Below, one piece after another: positions 1 through 12,289 of a stretch of 64,000 bases of DNA. The stretch lies in NCBI RefSeq assembly GCF_009914755.1, contig NC_060933.1, one strand, 5' to 3'. This DNA is from the human T2T-CHM13v2.0 reference genome, Homo sapiens. Position 1 is the stretch's first letter, and each line of letters starts with the position of its first letter. Both the position numbers and the translations under genes were made by a program. The notes under the pieces were generated by a model. It made no database searches. It saw nothing but the letters and a program-made list of their open reading frames with translations, and was not told the origin of the DNA.

Positions 1-428
1 TTGAGCCAATACAAGCCTGATCAGAAAAGTTTACCAACAAATAGCTCTGGAGTGATTCCAACTGTCCTACTGGGTAGCGTGGACAACCAGTGAAAACAAA
101 GACTAGCAGAACACTTAGCTGCAGCTGAAAGGAAAGTGGATATAACTCTTCTTTGAATACGATGGACAAAATAGGACAAAACCACCTTGAGATACACTCG
201 AGAACAACATCACATGAGGAGAAACAGCTTGGACCAGCTCAGGATGCAGATCATTGGTGTACAGAGGAGCCGCGGCATAAACTTCAGAGGAAATTTGGGT
301 GTCTGGAAGTTCCAAATCACAGGGAGTGTGATGAGCTTCCTGGTTAGGGGAGAAATACTGGGAAATAGTGGCTACAGTAGCTAGTCTAAGAACTGTCTGC
401 AGCCATGCACAACGGAAACACTCATGGC

Positions 429-508
429 CCTCCCTCCCTCCCTCCCTCCCTCCCTTCCTCCCTTCCTCCCTTCCTCCCTTCCTCCCTTCCTTCCTTCCTT
501 CCTTCCTT
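429..508. repeat. (CCCT)n/(CCTT)n polypyrimidine simple repeat
   Basis: Continuous ccct/cctt units, about 80 bp of pure pyrimidine on the + strand. Confidence 0.95.
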
Positions 509-644
509 TGCTTTCTTAGTACACATTTACTAGTCCCTTATGTGTAAGGCTCTGTGCTGAGCACTGGAGATTAAGTGATCAAGATGGGGTTCCTGCCTTC
601 AGAGCTTTACAGTTGAAGGCTATGTATGGAAGTCATTGGCAATT

Positions 645-756
645 GTGTGTATGTGTGTGTGTGTGTACGTGCACATGTGCACGTGTGTGTGTGCACGTGT
701 GTACGTGTGTGTGCGTGTGTGGGTGTGTGTGTTTGTGTGTGTGTGAGAGAGAGAGA
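645..756. repeat. Imperfect (TG)n followed by (GA)n microsatellite
   Basis: Alternating purine-pyrimidine run with CG/CA interruptions, then gagagaga; explains the Cys/Val and His/Thr ORFs at 613-867. Confidence 0.95.
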
Positions 757-1789
757 ATGAAGCAGAGATCTGGAGTATTAATACTGAAGATTTCAGAACC
801 ACCATTTATGCCAGCAAATATATATTTTTTTCTTCTAGTGAGCCATCTACATGACAAATACTCCTAGGAGTAAAGCCTTATTTAACTGCACCTGTGCAAG
901 GAGAAATTCTGATGTCTGGCTGAAAGGCTTGGGAATGAAGACCGGGATGGTGGAGGTAGCAGGAGAGAGGACCCAGCCCAAGGAGAAAAAGAGCTTCTTC
1001 AGTGGAAGCTGGGAAGGTGGTCAGGACAGCTGTGCCCCCTCCCTTCCTGTGTGAGGTGGCGTCTCACATGGTAACAGGTCTCCTTACTTGAATGGGGTGT
1101 TTAGCTTGGGCCCAGTAGGTTGACCAGAACAGGGGACAGGCAGAAGTCAACTCTCAATGAATACTGACTGGTCCCTAACATTGTGTGCTGCCTCCTGGAT
1201 TGTGAAAATGGTTTCCATGTGCATTATTTCACCTGATCTCTATAGCAACTTGAAAAGGCAGCTGAGTATTGTATTCTTTGGATATGGAAAATAATGCTTG
1301 TGAAGGGGAATTGACGGGCCCAAGCTCACACAGCCAGAAACATGGCAGAAGTGGGACCTGAGCCTCAATCTTTTGAGTGCAAATCTCATGCCTTCCAACT
1401 AACTGCATTCACTTCTTCTGCTCCAACCCAGGGGACTCTGCCATTAGAAATGGCTGAGGAAAGAGACTACTTAATCAGAGAGCTATACAGTTGGCACAGT
1501 TCCTTTCTGAAGAAGACTCCTAGGCTGAAGGCAGTGTATTCAATCACCCTTAAAAGAGCACAATTGCATTTTACTCATTCGATAATTTGGTTAATGAGTG
1601 CTTCCTTGATGAGAAGCAACTCAGCTGAAATAACAGATACAAAGCTTCCAGTATAGTACCCGTCGGAGAGCGGGCACTCAATTATTGCTAAATTCAGGGT
1701 CTGCAACCTGCCTACCTCTTTAGCCACATCTCATACAACTCTCCTGCCAGTCACACTGGTCTGCTTTAAATTTCTCCAGCATATGTAGG

Positions 1790-1945
1790 TACTGTCATGG
1801 TCCTGTTATCACAGATGAGGAAACAGGCACAGAGAGGTTAGGTAACTTGCCTGAGGTCACACAGCAAGTCAGTAGGGCAGCGAGGATTCAAACCCAGGAA
1901 GCCTGGCTTCTTAGCCTACATTCCAGACCACTGCCTTTCCCTAAG
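1790..1945 (-). mobile_element. MIR SINE fragment
   Basis: acagatgaggaaacaggcacagagaggttaggtaacttgcctgaggtcacacagc is the reverse complement of the MIR core. Confidence 0.9.
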
Positions 1946-3706
1946 ACGTTAAGTGGGTGAATAGGAAAGAAGACTATTCCAGAAAGAGGCAAGAACACGT
2001 TTACCCCCACAGTGTTGTCTTGGGGCTTGTACAAAATTATATATGTAAAACAATTAGAAGATGGCTGGGTCAACTAACGTTAGCCAACGTTATTACTCTT
2101 CACAGAGTAATGAGACTTCTAGTGAGAGTTGCTCAGGGAAACCTCAGTTTCCATCATGTGGATCAGTTCCCTCTTTTACACCCTCTTATAAAGAGTCACA
2201 CTGTCCTTTAGAGTACTTGTCTCAGTTTATAATTATATTAACTGACTGATTTAATATTTCATTTACTTTAGAATCCCAGTGCCCAGTCCCGGTAAAAGCA
2301 AACAAACAAACAAAAAATCCAACTCAATAAGTATTTCTTGAATGAATGGATGAGTGAATGAAACATTCCTTGCCGCCCTAGAGTCCTACATTTTTTCTCT
2401 TCTTAGTGGGAGGAGAATATTCGTCTTTGTTTCTCTTCATGCCATCTTGGGACTCTCACGCATTTCCCACAGCGAATCTACATGGTGTTTACAGGTGCCT
2501 TCTGAAAACCGCCCACTCCCTGGTTTCTAAACTCAGCTAAGCTATGTCTCTGAAATGTCAGCCTCTCTCGTTAAGTCTCCTTCTCAAAAGAAGCGAGAAA
2601 TTCAGACAAGGAAAGTTTTCAGTTCCTCTCCTAGTCGTGCCAATTGTATAATGAATCTGTGGGATTGAGTTTATTTCCAAATTTAGACCCACTCTGAGCA
2701 CAATGGAGGCTTCTAACTCATCGCAGTGGATCTCAAACCCACTTTTGACTTTTAAAGCTTACAGATTTTTCTGGATTTTGATGAGTGGTGAGTGGGAACA
2801 GAAAGTTCCAGAAGATACAGTCCTGTAGTTTCTGTTCATGTCCTGTTTTCCTTTTGTCTAAATGTGGTTCTTTAGAATCTGCCCTCTCTTTCCGCTCCTA
2901 TGATCATACTATTTAGAGACAAATATTTTCCCTGCCCTTCAAAGAAGCTGTTTTATTTCTGGTTGCTCATAAAATAGACACAGAGTCCTTCAAATGCACC
3001 TTTCTGGCCTCTTTGGTATACAGATTTCTTGTGCTCTTTGCTTCCTTAATCTTAGTATTTTAATCTTCTTTCTTCTTAAAAAAATGTAATTTCCTTCTTA
3101 CATGCATGAATTCATATGAATTTTAATCCTCACTTTGCTGTATTACCTTAGCTTTTTCATCTGTAAAATTGGCCCTTCCTATTTCACAGGTTAATTGTGA
3201 ACATTAACAATGACGTAATGGATGTGTCACAGGGTAATCAATAGGATATTTCTTTGTTTCTGTTGGGACTCCGAAGCTAAGAATAATAGGTGGCCAGGGC
3301 CCCCTCATTCTACACAGGGATGTTGGACCATCTAGGCAGGATTTGCCCCAATGCTTCTGTGCCTCGAAGCCCATTTCCCCCTGCAGGGGTGCAATGAGAG
3401 CATCAGAGGGAAAGAGCACGGAGGGCACTACGCCCAGATGACAATAGCACCAGAGAATTTACCTTCCTCCTTCCTTCTCTCCCCCTGCCTTGGAGGAGTT
3501 GGAGGCTCCTGGGTGAGTATGGGAGAATGAGAGGGAAAAGTAGATGGAAGAATTATTACAGAACAGGCAGGGCCCAGGGTCACCTGCACTCTTCACATTG
3601 CTGTTCCACAGAACAAATGAACAGACCTCTGCTGGCCAGGGAGAGAAGATTTGAATTGGATGAGAAATGGAAGTTTTGATATTAGATATTAGAACATTAG
3701 CTATTA

Positions 3707-4024
3707 GTCTCTAATCTCTTACCCAAAACCCCTGGGGCCACATAGACTTCAGAATCCAGCACTTAATTGTGAGTTTTAGAAAGGACGTATGATGCAGATC
3801 CTGTCATCAGCTGGTGTAGGGCAGCACTCTGTAATCAAACCCCTTAATATTTCTGCAGCAAAATGTATTATTCTCCACACAAGGCAAAGGTATGTAAATC
3901 ACTACACATAGCCTCACATATGTTTATGTATAGTTTTTCCACCTAATGTCTTTGTAGCAAACTTCAAAAAGTTTAGACTTCTAGAACTGTGGAGATTTCA
4001 GAATTGCAGATAAGGGATTGAGGT
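3707..4024. mobile_element. Ancient TcMar-Tigger-like MITE, possibly interrupting an old Gypsy-like LTR (about 3270-4130)
   Basis: Ends in atttcagaattgcagataagggattg, which I recall as a Tigger-type terminus; imperfect inverted counterpart at the start (aatctcttacccaaaa). Confidence 0.45.
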
Positions 4025-4285
4025 GAGAGTCCTGAAAATAAGAATATCTACTGATGCCTGAAAGTGACCTGAGAAGATTAAGAATCTGGCCAAATAATCT
4101 CCAGGGACAGGAAATCTAATAGTGCATTGGAAAGAAAGTGGTGCAAAACCTTTTTTGCTCAAACATCACTGGATTCCACTTGTCAAGAAATCAGTTACTT
4201 ATATAAATGGGTACGTAAGTCATCTGTGCGTTTCTTACACAGCGGATGATTAACAAATGTTAACTTCTCTTTCCTTTTCCATCAG

Positions 4286-4322
4286 GTCCTCCACATCTTC
4301 ATAAATACAGGCAGATTTGCTG
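4286..4322 (+). other. Candidate 37-nt internal exon (probably non-coding, if real)
   Basis: tgttaac branch-like motif, cttctctttccttttccatcag acceptor and CTG|gtaagg donor; no transcript evidence available. Confidence 0.25.
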
Positions 4323-4357
4323 GTAAGGAATCCCTATTGTTTCCTAGGGGGAAGTTT

Positions 4358-7048
4358 TATTTATTTTTATTTTTTAATTAATTTGTAAATTTGTTTCTAT
4401 TTCAATAGGTTTTCGGGAAACAGGTGGTGCTTGGTTACATGAATAAGTTCTTTAGTGGTAATTTCTGAGATTTTGGTACACCCATCACCTGAGCAGTGTA
4501 CACTGTACCCAGTGTGTAGTATTTTCGCCCTCACTCCCCTCCCACCATTTCCCCAAAATCCATTGTATCATTCTTATGCCTTTGTGTCCTCATAGCTTAG
4601 CTCCCACTTATGAGTGCAAACATACAATGTTTTCAGTTTTCCATTTCTGATTTACTTCACTTAGAATGAGAGTCTCCAATTCCATCCAGGTTTCTGCAAA
4701 TGCCATTATTTATTCCTTTTTATGGCTGAGTAGTATTTTATGGTATATATATATATATATATGTGTGTATGTGTGTGTATGTGTGTGTGTGTGTATATAT
4801 ATAAAATAATATATATATATATCATTTTCTTTATTTGCTCATTGATTGATGGGCATTTGGGCTGGTTCCATATTTTTGCAATTGCAAATTGTGCTGCTAT
4901 AAACATGTGTGTGCAAGTATCTTTTTCATGTAATGACTTGTTTTCCTCTGGGTAGATAACCAGGAGTGGGATTGCCGGATCAAATGGTGGATCTACTTTT
5001 AATCCTTTAAGGAATCTCCACACTGTTTTCCACAGCGGTTGTGCTAGTTGACATTCCCACCAACAGTGTAAAAGTGTTCCCTTTTCACCACATCCACCAA
5101 CATCTGTTGTTTGTTTTTTTTAAATTTTTTGATTATGGGCATTCTGAAGTCTATGTGACATTTGATTATGGGCATTCTTGCAGGAGTAAGATGGTATCGC
5201 ATTATGGTTTTGATTTGCATTTCCCTGATAATTAGTGATGTTGGGCATTTTTCCATATGCTTCTTGGCCACTTGTATATCTTCTTTTGAGGATCGTTTAT
5301 TCATTTAGCCCACTTTTTGTTGGGACTGTTTTTTTACTTGCTGATTTGTTTGGGTTCTTTGTAGATTCTGGATATTAGTTATTTGTTGGATGTATAGATT
5401 GTGAAGATTTTCTCCCCTTCTGTGGGTTGTCTCTTAACTGCTGACTATTTCTTTCGCTGTGAAGAAGCTATTTAGTTTAATTAAGTCCCATCTATTTATC
5501 TTTGTTTTTGTTGCATTTGCTTTTGGGTTCTTGGTCATGAAGTCTTCGCCTAAGCCAATGTCTACAAGGGTTCTTCTGATGTTCTCTTCTAGAATTTTTA
5601 TGGTTTCAGGTCTTAGATTTAAGTCTTTGATCCATCTTGAGTTGATTTTTTTATAAGCTGAGAGATGTCCAGTTTCATTCTTCTACATGTGGTTTGCCAA
5701 TTATCCCAACACCATTTGTTGAATATGATGTCCTTTCCCCACTTTATGTTTTTGTTTGCTTTGTCAAAGATCAGTTGGCTATAAGTATTTGAAGTACTTG
5801 GCTTTATTTCTGATTCCTCTATTCTGTTCCGTTGGTCTATGTGCCTATTTTTACACCAGTACCATGATGTTTTGGTGACTATGGCCTTATAGTATAGTTT
5901 GAAGTCAGGTAATGTGATACCTCCAGACTTGTTCCTTTTGCTTAGTCTTGCTTTGGCTATGCTGGCTCTTTTTTTGGTTCCATATGAATCTTAGAATTGT
6001 GTTTTCTAGTTCTGTGAAGAATGATGGTGGTGCTTTGATGGGAATTGCATTGAATTTGTAGATTGCTTTTGGCAGTACGGTCATTTTCACAATATTGATT
6101 CTACCCATTCATGAGCATGGGATGTGTTTCCATTTGTTTGTGTCATCTATGATTTCTTTCAGCAGTGTTTTGTAGTTTTCCTTGTAGAGGTCTTTTACCT
6201 CCTTGGTTAGCTGTATTCCTAAGTATTTTATTTATTTTTTTGCAGCTATTATTAAAGGGGTTAAGTTCTTGATTTGATTCTTAGCTTGCTCACTGTTGGT
6301 GTATAGCAGAGCTACTGATTTGTGTACATTAATTTTGTATCCTGAAGCTTTGCTGAATTCATTTACCAGTTCTAAGAGCTTTTTGGATGAATCTTTAGGG
6401 TTTTCTAGGTATATGATCATATAATCAGCCAACAGGAACAGTTTGACTTCCTCTATACTGATTTGGATGCCGTTGGTTTCTTTCCTTTGTCTGATTGCTT
6501 TGGCTAGGACTTCCAGTACTATGTTGAATAGAAGTGGTGAAAGTGGGCATCCTTGTTGTGTTCCAGTTCTCAGGGGAAATGCTTTCAACTTTTCCCCGTT
6601 CCATACAATTTTGGCTGTGGGTTTGTCATAGATGACTTTTATTACCTTAAGGTATGTCCCTTCTATGCCGATTTTTCGAGGGTTTTAATCATAAAGGGAC
6701 GCTGGATTATCTCAAATACTTTTTCTGCATCTATTGAGGTGATCACGTGATTTTTGCGTTTAATTCTCTTTATGTGGTGTATCATGTTTATTGACTCGTG
6801 GATATAAAACCATCCTTACATCCTTGGTATGAAACCCACTTGATCATGGTGGAATCTTTAGGGTTTTCTAGGTATATGATCTTTTTGACATGCTGTTGGA
6901 TTTGGTCAGCTAGTATATTGTTGAGGATTTTTGCATGTATGTTCATCAGGGATATTGATCTGTAGTTTTCTTTTTTTGTTATGTCCTTCCCTGGTTTTAG
7001 TATTAGGGTGATAACTAGCTTCATAGAATAACTTAGGGAGGATTCCCT
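4358..7048 (-). mobile_element. L1PB-like (L1PB1-type 3'UTR) LINE-1, 5'-truncated, with 3' half of ORF2 in decayed form
   Basis: T-rich tail; 3'UTR signature caggtggtgcttggttacatgaataagttctttagtgg; ORF2 peptides [58 protein letters not shown]; TSD cctagggggaagttt (4343-4357) / cctagggggacattt (7046-7060). Confidence 0.95.
4744..4822. repeat. (TA)n(TG)n compound microsatellite inside the L1
   Basis: tatatata...tgtgtg...tatata run. Confidence 0.9.
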
Positions 7049-7055
7049 AGGGGGA

Positions 7056-7900
7056 CATTTAATGAAGCTTGAGCTACAGCATCTCACTTTGCTGGAGCCT
7101 TTTCCAAGGATGCCAGGAGGAGGCAGCAGTCAGAGCCTTGAACTTGTGCATGAATCACTGCTCTGGTCTAGGGGTCACCCCCTGATAACTGGGGACTAGG
7201 GGCTGCTGGTGGTACAGGAAGAATACCAACACAAACCCCACTTACTCCACCCCATGCCCACAACCAAGAAGAATCTGTAGAATTTGCAATTCTGCTCCCA
7301 CTTCAAAGCCCCCTAACCCCTTCTGTAGGACTTGGTAGGGAGAAGGGTGGGATTGGGGAGGGGGAACAGAGAGCAGCAGGAATGCCATGGAGCTGGACCA
7401 CCTACAGCAGCTACCAGGGGCCCCCACCTGGGTATCAAAGGGTGGGAATTCTTCAAGGGCTTGGCGCTTGACTCTCACCAAGAAATACCTGAGCAAGAAA
7501 CTGCAGAGGAAATTACACGTATATCATGACTGAAAACCATTTGTGACTTGAAACTCCTCTACAAAGTAAATGATGTATTTTTTGAGCCACTCTACTAGAA
7601 GCCTGAATGATCTTTCTATTATCTCTACAGAAATGGTATTACACAATCGTTATAATACAAAGAGGTAATAAAACATATGCAGCCAAATAGAAAGAAAAAG
7701 TCATTATAGAAACATGCTAGACAAAATAAAAACAATCATACAACTTTCTGGATTTTGTGAAGTTTGTGGTATTTATTAATAAAATGTTTGAAATTTGGTG
7801 TGTAAGTTTTACATCCTACAAAGTATGAATACACCCAACTTCCCATGTTTTATTACAATTGACATAAGTCTTGCATCTTAATTTTGGTTTATGCTGCTTG
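7056..7900 (+). mobile_element. Ancient hAT-Tip100 (Zaphod/MER115-like) DNA transposon remnant; its 5' tip lies at about 4307-4330, before the L1
   Basis: caggcagatttgc...taatgaagcttgagctacagcatctcacttt resembles the recalled Zaphod terminus; 7590-7690 resembles decayed hAT C-terminal dimerisation coding sequence (cctgaatgatctttctattatctctacagaaa...atatgcagccaaa). Confidence 0.6.
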
Positions 7901-9592
7901 GGGGAGGGGAGATTGCCCACAGAGGGTTTTTTAGTGATTCACCCTCTGAAATGCATGGACCTGCCACCCATGAGAGCACCTGCCATGCACCAAACATGCT
8001 AGGTGCTCGGGAGGACGGAAAGATTTGCCAAAGCTTGAACTTTTAGAGAGGAACCCCTTGTCTCTAGAAGAAGGATAGGCTACTGCACGAGGTTTCACTG
8101 TCCTGTTTCCTAACTCTTTCTTGAGAAGAAACGAACAGGATAAGAATTCCAGAGATGGTAAAATAAAGGTTTCATAAGGACAATATAACATGAAGCAAAT
8201 AATTAGGAGGGATTATTTTTGGAGGAGCTGTGAAGGAAAATAAATATGGAGAGATGCTGGAAGTACCTACATATTGAAAATGTGAGTATGTAGGTTAGGT
8301 TTATTCTAAATAGCCTCACCTTTCCTTTTTCTCATTTTCCATCCTTACTGTACCCCTAAAACTCCACCCTTAAAGGTTTGGTTGAATATTTTAGGTGAAT
8401 ATTTTGCTGTAAATAGCAGAGAGTGTGGGGAGGTGCTTGGCTGAAAGGGGAGAGCAGTTTTCTAGGAAGGTAGGTTTTGGCATGGGAGCTGTTGATAGGA
8501 GAAAACATACAGGCTTATTAGGTTTTCTTTCTTCTTTTAGAAAACACATAACTTATTAGATGGACTTAAAAAGTAACACAAATCAACTGTTAGGCGTGTT
8601 TTAAATACAGACTGTGGGTATTTTCTACCAAAGAACAGCATATCTACAGGCGACACCATAAAGATTTAAATGTTTTAAACAGTTTTTAAAGATTTTTAAA
8701 TGTTTTAAAACTTATTAAAATCATTTAAAAAAGTTTTTAGAGCAATGCACAGTAGCTAACAATTGATAAGGAAATACCGCATAACTAATCCAACTGTGTC
8801 CTGTTACATTTCTTCACAATTCCACATAATTTTAAGGTTAAACAAAATCAGTCACTTTTTAGCATCCAAAGTTCTGAATTCTGGCTTTCAATCCTTTACT
8901 CCACTATCATGATCTTAAAATATCTGTCATACATTCTTTGAGGGAGCGTGATATAAAAGTTTTTATTTTTGCATAAGTGGAGCTTTAAAGATGTATTTTC
9001 TATATTATATCTGTTTCTTCACAGTCAACACGACAGTTGATTATTTTGAAACCTTTTAAAGCAACCATTTCAGTAGGTTTATTTTGTAAAGTTAAGCTTT
9101 CATTACTAATTCCTTTAGATATATGTAACATTTTTCTTTGTTCAAGTAAACATGAGAAAAATAATGGAAAGTGGGCAATTGTTTTAAGGATGTCCTTAGG
9201 TTAAACACTAAATACCGGTTTGGTTTGGAATATTTTTCCAACTCAAACTGTTTAAACTGGTATTCTCCAACAAAAGACCATTCTTGGTAATGGGAAGATA
9301 ATGCAGATATATCTTAATCTTCTCCATGCCTAAATAGCAGCGCAAGGAACTGGCAGAGTGTTAGGTTTTTTGAGGAGAGTGAGAAGAAGAAAGAGGTTGG
9401 AATGCTGAAACTCACTCTTTGATTGGAGGTCAGACAGAAATAAAGCAACCATCAAAACTCTCTAATAGACATGATTTTCCTGAGGCTGAGTGTCAGCCTC
9501 CATCACACAGGCTGCCGGCATCAGAAATAGACAGGTGACAAAATTTTTCTTTCTATGTGACACAGGTTCAGCACATGAATCCAAAGAGGCAT

Positions 9593-9626
9593 AAACACAC
9601 ACAGACACAGACACAGACACACACAA

Positions 9627-9664
<38 letters not shown>
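9593..9664. repeat. (CA)n(TA)n microsatellite flanked by inverted repeats
   Basis: Directly visible; see finding on 9551-9926. Confidence 0.9.
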
Positions 9665-9959
9665 TCATGTCCTGAACCTGTGTCACACAGAAGGGACATG
9701 AATATTAAGCACATGAATCCAAACAATTAGGCATATATAATATTAATATATAAATATACATGTTAATATTCATATTATATATTCATATTATATGTGTAAA
9801 TATACAAGCATCACAGAAAAGCATCACTGCTTTTCTACATAAACATTATATATACATATATGTGTAAATATGTATATGTGTTTGTGTATGTGTGTATGTG
9901 TGATGTTTATGTAGAAAAGCAGTGATCACCTTCCATAGCAGGAGCAGCAGTTGAGTGTA

Positions 9960-10485
9960 GTGGACACTGATGAGATGATCTGCCTAGATGCCCCTCTTTC
10001 ATTTCTGCCGGAAACCGCCCACTCCTTGTCCATATATCCCTTTTGGGAAATTTCAATGTCTCATACTACCTCATCCTTCTAGAAGTTGTTGTTTGATCTA
10101 GGGGTGAGGAGTTAGTTAAGCCAATCTAATGAGAATCCTTCTCAGCAATTTAAATACAGTCTAGAACTGACATCAATGGTTTCTCTTAGAGGGCGAGAAT
10201 TATATGACATAAAGTCCAGGAACCACTGTGTCTTGTGTCCCATATCACGGAGAAAGTCTATCACCAGGGAGTGGAAATGAAGCAAACACTCAAGCTTGGA
10301 AGCAAGCCCGAATGGGATGTGGTGCTTGGCCTCTGGTGCCAGGATGGTCCGGCTACATGCCTCTTACTCCTACACGTTGGTTTTACACATTTCCTTGGAC
10401 TCCATAAACCAAAAAGCCCCCCTTTTGCCTGTGCTAGTTCAAGCTGGTTTGGATCCCCTGTTAGCAAAGGAGTCCTAGTTAACAT
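9960..10485 (+). mobile_element. MLT1-family (ERVL-MaLR) solo LTR, old and diverged
   Basis: 3' end ...tgctagttcaagctggtttgg...agcaaaggagtcctagttaaca is typical of MLT1 LTRs. Confidence 0.55.
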
Positions 10486-11459
10486 TCTGCTGAATTAAAA
10501 CATTTGATTAATGGAGAACTGAATCTTCTTCTACTCTTGTTCACAAATTGAAACTTATTTGTTTGACATCCTGAATATAACAATATATTACTTCCTCTGG
10601 GTTGATACTCAGTATATCAGTACTTAGAGCAATGAGAATGAAGGTGTAAAGACATAGACGTACTGACCCCAGGAAATGGAATACATTCTGTTTATAATAA
10701 ATGTTTGAAATGAGTTGCTTTCCTAAAATGAGTTGTTTCATTCAGCAAGCGTTTCTTGAGGACTTACTTGTGTTGGACACTGATGTTGGTGGTGACATTA
10801 GTCAGCAAAACAGACCAAAATCCCTACCCTTGTAGAGCTCATATCCTAGTTTCTACTATAGGAATAAATCAGACACTTTCTGGATAATTTAGAATGTCAG
10901 TTGTGTGCTAATTAATTGGAAGTTTAGGCATCTTTGTCATTGGCCAGACACACATGTTCTGCAGAATATGAATGATAATCTTTCTCCACACACTTTCCCC
11001 ACCCAAGATAATATGGCAAAATTAGTTCCTTAAGTTCTGTCAGTGAAAACCATACCATTCCTTGCTACTGCTAAATTGAGCTCCATTTCATCAAAACTTC
11101 AATGGTGAAAAACTTAGATCTCCCATTTCCTTTTTTTCTCTGGTATTAAATACTTCCTAACACATATTTTTATCAACATCATACTACTATCATAAGCCAA
11201 CAAACCTGGCAAGTTTCACAGATAGCCTGTACTTTGTAGGGAGCAAACGTATCAACAGTACTCCTTGCCCTCTCCTTTTCTCCAATTTATTTCCTTGGGT
11301 CCAATCTGGAAGTTATTCTGTCTGTCAGAAGGGCCAGGGAATGATGAAACAACCATCCCACCCCTGAAGCACCAGGACAAAATGGAGAAAGATAGAATAG
11401 GGTCAGAAGACAGAGAGCTGAAGGACCCAGCCCATGGTGAAATGGCCCTTCCTGGTTAA

Positions 11460-11850
<391 letters not shown>

Positions 11851-12289
11851 TTGAAGACGCATTTTAAATCTGAGATGTGATTGATTTAAGTTAAATGCTT
11901 TAAATTATCTGCAATTAGCAATAAGAACTCTGATAGAGAAAAAGCAATATCTTAGGGCAGATGAACATGGGCTGGGACAAAAATAAGGGGAAACAGAAAA
12001 GCTTAAGAAGGTACCCAATGAGAGACCAGAAATCCACCCCACACTAGAATAGACTCAATTTTCTTTGACACTCTTGGCTAAAGCATGTGTTTGTGTGTGT
12101 ATGACAAAAGTTTTGTTTTAAACCAAAATCTTGGGGAAGATATTGTATATTAATATCAAAACCACATGTGTAATATCTGTAGCATTTTTGCATATAACAT
12201 ATTATAACTGCAGTGGAAAATGCATATAGATTTCATTTCATAGGGTAGTTTCAACTAATCTCTCTTTTGTTTTCCTACTCATTTAAAAG

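Noticed and set aside
4706-7087. ORFs with reverse-transcriptase-like peptides
   Set aside because: Frameshifted, stop-ridden L1 ORF2 remnants of a 5'-truncated element; the catalytic FADD motif reads LADY. Not a functional gene or a novel RT system.
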